25,928 nt of DNA, taken from positions 1 to 25,928 of the IMG/VR virus record IMGVR_UViG_3300025786_000008. The stretch is one strand, 5' to 3'. The notes beneath the pieces were generated by a model, which saw nothing but the letters and a program-made list of their open reading frames with translations, ran no database searches and was not told where the DNA came from. A program made the position numbers and the translations under genes. Shown here piece after piece: positions 1 to 7,917 of this stretch. How positions within the stretch are numbered: position 1 is the first letter of the stretch; each line of letters starts with the position of its first letter. Source of the stretch: a virus (Duplodnaviria; Caudoviricetes).

Positions 1-1
1 T

Positions 2-739
2 ATGTATAGGTTATTTGGAACTGAGGGCGCGGATTGGTTGATGTATGGACTAGCTTCTAATGCAACAACTATATTCGGATTGGAGGGGATTAACTTGTAC
101 ACTCGGGGGGATTTAAACCCAAGGGAGATTACAGTTATTCCTGTTAATCCTTTGGATGCCCCTTGGTTCTCTGGCTGGTCTAAATTCCTAGGCAACCTAG
201 CTGAGTCTGGTTCTAAGTTAGCTAACGGCGCTGATGCCTACGATACTTTTACAAGAGCCTTAGAGCATAATGGCCTTAGTCGCCCTTTGAGCGGACTAGG
301 TAAAGTTCTACAAGGGCTAAGTAACCCAGAGTTACAAGGCTATAGTACGTCCCAAAGTGGAAAGCAATTAGCTAGTTTTGACTTAGCTAGTTTCACAACC
401 CTTATAAATCTTGCTGGTGGGAAGGCTCTATCTGAAGCTAAAGCTATTGATGCTTTGTATAGACAAAAGGCTTATAAGGCGGAGTATGTAGAGGATATGG
501 CTAGTCTTAAAGAGTTGATAAGATTACAGGGAGCTAATAATGAAGGGTTTAATATGGATGTTTATGAAAACTTTGCGCACAAGTACGCTTCTGCAGGAGG
601 GGATATGATTAGATATAGGCAGTTCTTTATGAGTGCCGTAAAGGAGGCAAGAGAACCTACCCTTAAGGCACTATCTAACTTTAACGGAAGTCAATATGGT
701 AGAGACTTCCAAGCTATTGTTGGTGGAGTTATTGAGTAG
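2..739 (+). CDS. C-terminal part of a large protein, probably an internal virion/ejection protein (5' partial)
   Basis: The frame is open from the window edge. The product is Ala/Gly/Leu-rich and looks helical. It is on the same strand as the structural genes and converges on the end of the replication arm. Function is inferred from position only. Confidence 0.5.
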   Translation: MYRLFGTEGADWLMYGLASNATTIFGLEGINLYTRGDLNPREITVIPVNPLDAPWFSGWSKFLGNLAESGSKLANGADAYDTFTRALEHNGLSRPLSGLGKVLQGLSNPELQGYSTSQSGKQLASFDLASFTTLINLAGGKALSEAKAIDALYRQKAYKAEYVEDMASLKELIRLQGANNEGFNMDVYENFAHKYASAGGDMIRYRQFFMSAVKEAREPTLKALSNFNGSQYGRDFQAIVGGVIE

Positions 740-898
740 TTTGCCTCTCCTGTAATATATTAACCACAAGTGTTGCGTATCCAGCTATGTCGTGCCAACT
801 ATCTATATAGTTAGGATTGCCGTTAAGGATACGTGATATCTTGTGTGTTATTAATTTAAATGCTTCTTGCTGATAAGGGGTTAAACTATACTTTTCAT
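729..898 (-). pseudogene. DUF6378-like protein, frameshifted and N-truncated (not in ORF track)
   Basis: The minus frame 893-729 reads KYSLTPYQQEAFKLITHKISRILNGNPNYIDSWHDIAGYATLVVNILQERQTTQ*, which has the HKIxRILNGxP..DSWHDIAGYATL signature. The ATG at 898 overlaps the upstream TGA but is one base out of frame. Confidence 0.7.
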
Positions 899-1227
899 AA
901 TGAATTCAACCTTCTCTCTGTTTCTAGTTTATTGTATGCAATTTTAGACAACTCCTCCATTGTATACTCCCCATCTAACTTCACCTCCATAGCTGTGCAA
1001 AGTAAAGTTAAGAAGTCCGCAGGATTTTTTATGTCCTTAAATTCTTCCTCAAACTGTGTTATAAGTCTTATATACAACCCATTGTGATAAGGGTGCAATA
1101 ACTCAGTCTGTAATTTAATTACCGAATCTGGAAAGTAGTCTACATCAACTAAGTCATGTGCCTTCTCTGTCAGGTTATCATTAGTAATTACATCGTTGTT
1201 ACCTTTGATTATTCTGTCGTCGCCCAT
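895..1227 (-). CDS. hypothetical protein (110 aa, acidic)
   Basis: GGAG RBS upstream; tightly packed in the leftward operon. Confidence 0.75.
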   Translation of the reverse strand: MGDDRIIKGNNDVITNDNLTEKAHDLVDVDYFPDSVIKLQTELLHPYHNGLYIRLITQFEEEFKDIKNPADFLTLLCTAMEVKLDGEYTMEELSKIAYNKLETERRLNSL

Positions 1228-1229
1228 AA

Positions 1230-1739
1230 CTACTCCAAGTCTTTTAACATTATAGCTAAGTCTATAATGGATTTGTTTTTATCTAGCCAGTCGGGGGGTA
1301 CCCCTCTATTGATTAAATGTTCTTTTGAGGATAGGAGCCACTCCGAGTTTTTAAATCTTATGCAGTTAATCTTAGAGTTATCTTTCCCAAGTTCTGCTGA
1401 GATAGAGCCTAGCTTAATTATCGTTTTATCCAAAGATGGCGGCCTCCTTTTAAACTTAGTTCCTTTGAAGACTACATCTGTTAGTCTAGCTTTGTCTAAA
1501 CTTACGTCATATAAATAAGCACCCTCAAAAGAACTACCTTCAAGGTTAGCATAGCTAAAGTCTATTCTAGTTAAAAGACTATGCGAGAAGTTACAGTTAA
1601 TAAAGATAGCGCGCCTAAGAGAGCCGCCTACTTCTTTTAGTTCTCTAAAGTCCTCACCTTTAAATACTGCCCGCTTACCCTCTTCTTTAAAATCTAACCA
1701 CTTCTGATGGCTATGAATTATGTCTTGAAACTGTTTCAT
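1230..1739 (-). CDS. pentapeptide repeat protein
   Basis: N-terminus HQKWL..EEGKRA followed by A(D/N/S)(L/F)xx-type repeats (NFSHS, DFSYA, NLEGS, SFEGA, YLYDV, SLDKA); GGAG RBS. Confidence 0.85.
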   Translation of the reverse strand: MKQFQDIIHSHQKWLDFKEEGKRAVFKGEDFRELKEVGGSLRRAIFINCNFSHSLLTRIDFSYANLEGSSFEGAYLYDVSLDKARLTDVVFKGTKFKRRPPSLDKTIIKLGSISAELGKDNSKINCIRFKNSEWLLSSKEHLINRGVPPDWLDKNKSIIDLAIMLKDLE

Positions 1740-2316
1740 TTAGCTCTCCAAAAACTTCTTTTAACATAACTGCTTCATACAATGCATCATAGTGTGCATT
1801 GTGGTAATGCCAATGTTCTGCATGTTTAAAACTATTATCTGCAAAACACATAGCCGCTTCTTTACACTCTTTGACTCTAGGGAATAAAGCTAACGCTGTT
1901 CTAAGGCAAAGGTCTTCCCTAAATGTCCATGGTAGTGTCACTCCTGTATACTTCTCCGCACTTCTAAGAAAGGCGTTATCGAAAGCAACTCCATTACCCC
2001 AAACGCCTTTTAGATTCTTAGTGTTTGTATTGGCAAGGATAAATGCCTTTAAATAGCTTAGTGTATCTTTAAGAGCACGAAAGTATGGGGCGCCAGTCAT
2101 TAGGAAGTTGTAATATTCTGGGTTAGTTTCTTTCCACCAATTAACAGTCTCTTCATCTGAGTAGCCCCCTTCTTTATTTACGTACCCATTAAAATGTACA
2201 AAGGGCACATCTAAATCAAACCTGTTTAAACCTACAACTCCTATCTGAACAATACTCGTGGGTTCTGCAGGGTTTAAAGCTAGTGTTTCTAAATCTACTA
2301 CGAAATCTGTGTACAT
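1711..2316 (-). CDS. DEDDh 3'-5' exonuclease (Rv2179c/DUF5051-like)
   Basis: Motifs VVDLETL, WGNGVAFDNAFL and HNAHYDALYEA. Start moved to ATG 2316, which follows an AAGGAG RBS; the ORF-track start at 2352 lies across a hairpin. Confidence 0.85.
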   Translation of the reverse strand: MYTDFVVDLETLALNPAEPTSIVQIGVVGLNRFDLDVPFVHFNGYVNKEGGYSDEETVNWWKETNPEYYNFLMTGAPYFRALKDTLSYLKAFILANTNTKNLKGVWGNGVAFDNAFLRSAEKYTGVTLPWTFREDLCLRTALALFPRVKECKEAAMCFADNSFKHAEHWHYHNAHYDALYEAVMLKEVFGELNETVSRHNS

Positions 2317-2329
2317 GTGTAACTCCTTT

Positions 2330-2350
2330 AAAAGGAGGGTTAACCCCTCC
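2330..2350 (-). terminator. putative intrinsic terminator/attenuator after dcd
   Basis: Minus strand GGAGGG-GTTAA-CCCTCC followed by TTTT. Confidence 0.5.
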
Positions 2351-2368
2351 AAATGTTTATTTTATATC

Positions 2369-2917
2369 TTACTTACCTACTCTAGTTGAGGTAGCTGTTG
2401 TTTGTTTATTGTAGCTGCCTTTAGTTGCATAGCTTTGGTCCTTGCCAACTGCAGCGTGTTTGAAAAATATAACTTGGCCTATCTTAGTATTGTGGTCTAA
2501 CACAATGTCTACACGGTTAGTTACATTCACAAACTCTAGGGTTAGTACAGAGTCATGCCAACCAGCGTCACACCACCCTGCGTTCAGGTGATCTAGACCT
2601 GCGCGGGCCATAGATGACTTCAACTTATACATACAGCTGATGTTGTTAGGTAAATTAAACACTTCATTTGTACTTGCAAGAATAAATTCCCCCGGCGCTA
2701 ATGTATAGTTGCTGCCTGTAATTGTCATCTCATTGAAAACTATTGAGTCTCTTTCTTGAAGCCTAATTGTTGTGGGTTTACCCACCATTGGTTCCACTAA
2801 AATAGTATCTGATAGTGTTAAGTCAATACTAGCTGCATTGATTTGGTCTTCAGACAAAAGTCCTGAGATAACCCCATCCTTAACTAACTGCTTCAGTTCT
2901 GCACCTGCGATAATCAT
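2369..2917 (-). CDS. dcd: dCTP deaminase (trimeric dUTPase superfamily)
   Basis: Motifs QINAASIDLTL, LAPGEFILAST.E, KSSMARAG, AGWCDAGW, LTLEF.N, KIGQVIFF and Y..KGSY. Confidence 0.9.
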   Translation of the reverse strand: MIIAGAELKQLVKDGVISGLLSEDQINAASIDLTLSDTILVEPMVGKPTTIRLQERDSIVFNEMTITGSNYTLAPGEFILASTNEVFNLPNNISCMYKLKSSMARAGLDHLNAGWCDAGWHDSVLTLEFVNVTNRVDIVLDHNTKIGQVIFFKHAAVGKDQSYATKGSYNKQTTATSTRVGK

Positions 2918-2931
2918 ACTTGTTACTCCTG

Positions 2932-4167
2932 TTAGATTGTTATACTTTGTTCTTCACTCGTAAGTAAAGTGAAGTCTATAAACTTACCATTGATAGAAGC
3001 CTGCGCTCTTTTCTTAGGTAAGAATCCGCTACTGTCACTAACTTTCTGTACTTTGTCTGCCTCAACTAGGTTTCTTATTATACCTGCTAAGTCAGCTAAA
3101 CTATCCAAATCGTTAGCGACGAATGACCAAAGGTCTTTAATCGATAATGGCGTGTTAGTAGCATCTAAAGCTACCATAACTTTGTGCATTACATCAGAGT
3201 TTTTGGACTTGCCAAATTCCCCTAGTGCTTTAGGCATCGAGTTTTCTGTATAACTAAGTATTGTGTTTGACACTACAACATCTTCAATATCTATAGTTGT
3301 AGATAGTCTAGCCGCACTGTGAATAAGACATAACTTTATAAGTTGGTTAAATCTTCTATTTGTGTAGCTTTCAAATCGTGGGTCAAGTACACCTGTGTAG
3401 TTTTCATATATATACTCTAATGCTTCTTGTGCTTCAACTGTTAGTGTTGCCTTACCTTTTACATTGGTTCGTATTGTTGTTAGATAGTTAACTATAGCTG
3501 TCTTTAGTTTTAAATCTGGTTCTTTTGGAAATGCTATCTTAACTCCAGTCGGTTCGCCGTATATAAGAATTAGCCTAGAGAAAAACCCTTGTCCAATTAT
3601 CTCCGTTGGAAAAGCTGCTGCAAATCCTACAGGAGTATTACCTCCCAATAGTGATATAACTGGGCTTGGTATAATTGTCTCCCCCGTCTTAGTCTTATAT
3701 AAGTAGTCTGAGTTCTTATCCCAAAGAGAACCTAACAACGCGTAAAACTCTAAGTTACCCGCACCTGCAAACTCGTTAAATTCATCTGCGCTTATAAGTA
3801 CACTAGCGGGATCTCCATTAAAGTCTAAGTCTGAATCTAAAAAGGATTCAAAGCCATTACCTAACTTAGAGGAACTAGCTAAATCTTCTAAGAATTTTTC
3901 CTTAGTTGTTTTATCTGCTGCTATGTTATTATACCCAGACTCTTTCACAAGGGTAGTGATTAACTTAATTGCAGATGACTTCCTAGTTCCCGGATTCCCT
4001 ATTAGCATTGCGTATAGGTTTGGATTTATTTGTGAGTGACCGTGTGGCAAGTAGTAGTTCTTTTCTAAGAGTGCCCCTATAGCTGTAATAGCTGACCACC
4101 TGTGATAAACTATTGGCGCCTCGGTGCTGCCTCTTATGTATTCAAAATACTTGTCAAAAAAGTTCAT
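2932..4167 (-). CDS. DUF3987/YfjI-like AAA+ ATPase, putative replicative helicase with C-terminal winged helix
   Basis: Walker A GNPGTRKS, Walker B LISADEF, LLGGNTP, and a GFFSRL arginine-finger-like motif. The C-terminus looks like a wHTH. The gene lies directly downstream of the polymerase. Confidence 0.75.
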   Translation of the reverse strand: MNFFDKYFEYIRGSTEAPIVYHRWSAITAIGALLEKNYYLPHGHSQINPNLYAMLIGNPGTRKSSAIKLITTLVKESGYNNIAADKTTKEKFLEDLASSSKLGNGFESFLDSDLDFNGDPASVLISADEFNEFAGAGNLEFYALLGSLWDKNSDYLYKTKTGETIIPSPVISLLGGNTPVGFAAAFPTEIIGQGFFSRLILIYGEPTGVKIAFPKEPDLKLKTAIVNYLTTIRTNVKGKATLTVEAQEALEYIYENYTGVLDPRFESYTNRRFNQLIKLCLIHSAARLSTTIDIEDVVVSNTILSYTENSMPKALGEFGKSKNSDVMHKVMVALDATNTPLSIKDLWSFVANDLDSLADLAGIIRNLVEADKVQKVSDSSGFLPKKRAQASINGKFIDFTLLTSEEQSITI

Positions 4168-4169
4168 GC

Positions 4170-6407
4170 TTAGTCCGCCTTATCTCCCCAAGACACTAAT
4201 CCTTTGTTGACATCTACAGGTACTACCATCTCTCTGGTTACTCCGTCAATGTCAGTAACTTGTATAGGCATCACCATCTCTTTAGCTAAGTCATCTGCTA
4301 AATCATCTCTTCCTTTCTTGTATTGAAATAGAATTGAATCGTGTATCTGTGCATTTAAGATTAGGTCCTGAGGATTATTCCACCATATGTTATAGAAAAC
4401 TTTCAAGAACGCTTTGTTTAGAATCATAGCATTTAAGCTTTGGGGGTTATGAGCTACATAGGAGTTTAAGTCTAACTTATTCTTGTTAGGATCACCGAAA
4501 CAATATCTAGTCCAACCTGTTGCACCTACTAACTTCTTAGTTGTTAAAACTTTCATCTTAACATAGTTGTGGTAGTTGTGTCTAATCTTTGGGTAGGTTT
4601 TATCAAAAGATTTTAAAAGGTGTACGGCAATCTTTTCTGCCGTGTAATTAGAAGGTAGTCCTAATAGTTTACCTGCCTTTAAAACTTCTAACTCTCCGCC
4701 CATCTGTTGGATTAGAACATAAGCACCCATATTGTAGTTAGCTCCATGATTAACTGGCTTAGCTAATGTTCGTAAACTCTTTGATACATTTTCATAAGCG
4801 ACACCAAAGAAGCTAGAGGCATTGTACCTGTGAAAGTCTATGCCTTTTGTCTCTAGTATATCTATTAGGTTCTGTTGACCTACTATGTAACCTGTACCCC
4901 TTGATTCTGCCTGTGCATAATCCGCTTCCGCCATGTAGTAACCTTCATAAGATACAAACATATCTTTAACTATGTAAGTTTCTTTTTCTCTATTACCTCT
5001 GGGGATGTTCTGAATATTCATACCGCACCAGAAGTGGCTATCCTTAGAAGCTAATCTTCCAGTTTCGGTACCGTGTGGATTTAATGCATACAGAACTATT
5101 TCTTTATTTATATTTGAACTAGTTGGAGGATAAATATCTCTTTTTAAATAGGTTGATACTAGTTTTCTTAACTTTCTTATTTCTATTATTTCATCTATAA
5201 GTAATGAGTTTAACGGATGTTTGCCCTTCAAGGCAACTAGGGTTTTTTCATCTGCACTCTTGGCATCTTTATACCCTAACATTTTCAACAAGGCTTTCAT
5301 CTGTTTAGGACTGTTAGTATTAAAGTTAGTTACATTAAGTTGCTTATCTAGTTTAGTGTTTAATTCTTTTATTTGGGCTGCTTTAAATTCTTTAATCTGG
5401 TCTAATTTATTTACATCTATTTTAAGTCCAGTCATTTCGCATAAGTGCATACAATGCACAACTGGAAATTCCTGCAGGTAGTTATTCTTTGCCCACACTG
5501 GAGCTTCTTTTAGCCAAGCCAACACCACTAAGGCTGTTATAAATGTATCCTTTGCGTTGTACTCGTACAGTTCTTGTAAGTTCTTATCCTCTAAGCTACC
5601 TTTCCAATGGCGAAAGTCTCTTACATAGAAAGCTGCAAGGGTGGCCAAGTCTTTAGGCAACTCTGAGTACCAAGAGTGGTGCATATTTATGGTGTCCAGA
5701 AGATAATTAGATAGTGGTGCTGAGTATAAGTAGAAGTAAGCTGAATCGTACTTACCATTCTGTAGCGCCTTTCTAACTGGGTGTGCATTTAACTCTCTCA
5801 TGGTTGCAACTGCCCCTAGAGAGTCTATTGGTAGGACAAAGTTATCTAACTTTATTTCATCCCCCTCTATATGCGCAGTTGTATAACCGCAGCATTTAAT
5901 TGCAAGGTCTTTAGAAGTCTCTATATCTACTGCCACATATAAGGCAGTTGAGAATAGTCGGAGTAACTTATCTTTGTTTGATTGGTCAACTATATGATAG
6001 TTAAATTTGTTCGGGCTTAGCCAAGCTGAGGGCTGAGTTATCTTTTTTATATATCTTGCAACTAAGAACTTCTGATAGTTGATTGTGTATAAAGAAACTA
6101 ACTCTCTTAAAACTACAACTTCAATAAGGTCTAGCACGCTTGCACTCATAGAGGCGTCTCTAGTTACCTTGAACATAGAGCCTTCATACTTTGTACTTGT
6201 AGCTTTTGCATCTCCAGATAACTTTTTAATTAGAGAAGCCTGAGTTGTAAATACTGAATCTATTTTATTTTGTTTGCAATATAGGCGTAATGCTAGTACT
6301 GTTTGTACTGGAGAGGTTAATACCCTAACAGAGTTAGACCCAAACAACCCTTTAAGGTTATGTACATATTTCTCTTCCCTCTTGTCTATAATTACAGCTA
6401 TGCGCAT
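4170..6407 (-). CDS. polA: family A DNA polymerase with 3'-5' exonuclease and an extra ~130 aa N-terminal domain
   Basis: Exo I VAVDIET, Exo II QNGKYD, Exo III YNAKD; TETGRLAS; NIQNIPR; motif A EADYAQAESR; motif B RTLAKPVNHGANY; motif C QIHDS. Confidence 0.95.
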   Translation of the reverse strand: MRIAVIIDKREEKYVHNLKGLFGSNSVRVLTSPVQTVLALRLYCKQNKIDSVFTTQASLIKKLSGDAKATSTKYEGSMFKVTRDASMSASVLDLIEVVVLRELVSLYTINYQKFLVARYIKKITQPSAWLSPNKFNYHIVDQSNKDKLLRLFSTALYVAVDIETSKDLAIKCCGYTTAHIEGDEIKLDNFVLPIDSLGAVATMRELNAHPVRKALQNGKYDSAYFYLYSAPLSNYLLDTINMHHSWYSELPKDLATLAAFYVRDFRHWKGSLEDKNLQELYEYNAKDTFITALVVLAWLKEAPVWAKNNYLQEFPVVHCMHLCEMTGLKIDVNKLDQIKEFKAAQIKELNTKLDKQLNVTNFNTNSPKQMKALLKMLGYKDAKSADEKTLVALKGKHPLNSLLIDEIIEIRKLRKLVSTYLKRDIYPPTSSNINKEIVLYALNPHGTETGRLASKDSHFWCGMNIQNIPRGNREKETYIVKDMFVSYEGYYMAEADYAQAESRGTGYIVGQQNLIDILETKGIDFHRYNASSFFGVAYENVSKSLRTLAKPVNHGANYNMGAYVLIQQMGGELEVLKAGKLLGLPSNYTAEKIAVHLLKSFDKTYPKIRHNYHNYVKMKVLTTKKLVGATGWTRYCFGDPNKNKLDLNSYVAHNPQSLNAMILNKAFLKVFYNIWWNNPQDLILNAQIHDSILFQYKKGRDDLADDLAKEMVMPIQVTDIDGVTREMVVPVDVNKGLVSWGDKAD

Positions 6408-6510
6408 ACGTAATTCCTTTATATTTTTATATTTCTTTAGTTAAGCGGTTGGGTAAGTAGGTTGAGTTCTTGCTTTCACTTATCCATAATTAACTCCTTT
6501 GGCCCTTAAG

Positions 6511-6545
6511 TTTAAATAAAAATCCCCTCCGATATTTAGAGGGGA
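6511..6545 (-). terminator. intrinsic terminator downstream of the SSB-like gene
   Basis: Minus strand TCCCCTC-TAAATATCG-GAGGGGA followed by TTTTTATTT. Confidence 0.75.
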
Positions 6546-6571
6546 AAAAGGTACAAGCTATAACCTATAAG

Positions 6572-7018
6572 TTATAACGGAAATAATTCCACCATAGTGA
6601 AATATTTCTTGGTATCATCTTTCTTATCTGTACGCACGGTAGTAATCGCAGTACATTCTAAACCTGCAGCTGCTTCCATAAGTTCTCTAATTGTTGTTAC
6701 CCCTAGAGCCTCTTTGATGTTAGCTGTTACTTTCTTAAACGCCCCTTGCCCCATGGGGGTAGATATAAAGAACGCTTGTGATACTTCTACACCAGGAGCT
6801 ACTTCAGTATCACTAGGATTGTTTAACTCTAAGGTTTCGTTGATTACTACTTTAATCTCAACTACTGGCTTTTCATTAATTTTCTTACTTTCAATAGATT
6901 TTATAGTTATATTGTATCCGCCAGCTGGGGGTACTACCCATTCTGGGATATCTTCAAAACCTTCTAAGTCTGCATCAAGTAAGCTATCCATAGTCATATA
7001 TTCATTAGCATTAGTCAT
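6572..7018 (-). CDS. putative single-stranded DNA-binding protein (DUF669-like)
   Basis: Acidic N-terminus and PPAGGYNITI (P.G.Y motif); beta-rich; near the Sak4-like ATPase; AAGGA RBS. Confidence 0.6.
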   Translation of the reverse strand: MTNANEYMTMDSLLDADLEGFEDIPEWVVPPAGGYNITIKSIESKKINEKPVVEIKVVINETLELNNPSDTEVAPGVEVSQAFFISTPMGQGAFKKVTANIKEALGVTTIRELMEAAAGLECTAITTVRTDKKDDTKKYFTMVELFPL

Positions 7019-7030
7019 TTTAATTTCCTT

Positions 7031-7063
7031 TTACATTTAGTTACATTTAGTTACATTTAGTTA
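7031..7063. repeat. tandem repeat (TTACATTTAG)x3
   Basis: Three exact 10-bp copies plus TTA, immediately upstream of the RBS of 6572..7018. Confidence 0.95.
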
Positions 7064-7146
7064 AACGATAAGTAATAAATACCTATCCATATAACCTCTA
7101 ACTGACTGTATTTAAGTAGCTAATTAGAGGGTATAAAGTTAGATAG

Positions 7147-7380
7147 TTACTGTGTTAATTCCTCTAACATAGCCATAGCTAAAGTATAGTCACCTTTAAC
7201 CATAGCTGTCTTTACTCTAATTAACTCCACCTTATGCACATAGGAGTCCTCTAGCTTGTGCTTTATATAATCAGAAGATAAGTTTTCGTAGGCTATAAGC
7301 GCTGCTTCCAAAGAAATATTATCTTTAGAGCACGGGCTTAGCTGTACTTGTAGGTTCTCATATACTTTACTCATTTGCAA
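7147..7380 (-). CDS. hypothetical protein
   Basis: Overlaps the end of the upstream gene. The probable start is ATG 7374 or TTG 7380. Confidence 0.65.
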   Translation of the reverse strand: MQMSKVYENLQVQLSPCSKDNISLEAALIAYENLSSDYIKHKLEDSYVHKVELIRVKTAMVKGDYTLAMAMLEELTQ

Positions 7381-7681
7381 TACTCCTTAGTACTTCGTCA
7401 GTTGTTACTTCTTCTCCAGTAGCTTTTTTAAATAACGTCTTAACATTTGCCACTAATAGTTTATTCCAACCCGCTTTTATATCCCCTGTACTAATAGCGT
7501 TACTCATTTCTGCTGGAGTGTAGGTAGATATAAAGTCGTCTGCAACAAAATCTAAGATATATTCATAGTTGTCATTAACAAAGTTATGTAACTTTAACAT
7601 AACCTCTTCTCTTGGTACTGGCTCTTCTTCCCATGTCTTTGGGTAGGGGTCCCCTATAACCATATGGTTTTCTGTATGCAT
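7367..7681 (-). CDS. hypothetical protein (104 aa, MHTENH...)
   Basis: Strong GAGGAGG RBS before ATG 7681. The ORF-track extension to 7867 appears to be a pentapeptide remnant. Confidence 0.7.
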   Translation of the reverse strand: MHTENHMVIGDPYPKTWEEEPVPREEVMLKLHNFVNDNYEYILDFVADDFISTYTPAEMSNAISTGDIKAGWNKLLVANVKTLFKKATGEEVTTDEVLRSIANE

Positions 7682-7771
7682 AACTAAATCCTCCTCTTTA
7701 TTAGGGCGATAGCAACTTCCTATCCTTGTTTCTTCAGGTTGTTCGTACGCGGCTGTGTGTGACCAGATACA

Positions 7772-7917
7772 TCCTAAATTAGCCACTCTTAAATTAGTTC
7801 CCTTTAGGTCAGCACCTCTGAGGTTAGCATATCTTAGGTCAGCTTCACTTAAGTTAGCTAGCTTCAAACTGACGCCTTTTAAATTAGCCCACCTTAATTT
7901 GCCTTATTTAGTTTTAG
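7772..7917 (-). pseudogene. pentapeptide-repeat gene remnant
   Basis: Reads KLNKA/NLRWA/NLKGV/SLKLA/NLSEA/DLRYA/NLRGA/DLKGT/NLRVA with a 1-nt frameshift after KAN. No ATG. Confidence 0.6.

Noticed and set aside
4170-6407. Intron or intein in the polymerase (also checked terL and the helicases)
   Set aside because: The ORFs are continuous, motif spacing is normal, and no intein or homing-endonuclease motifs were seen.
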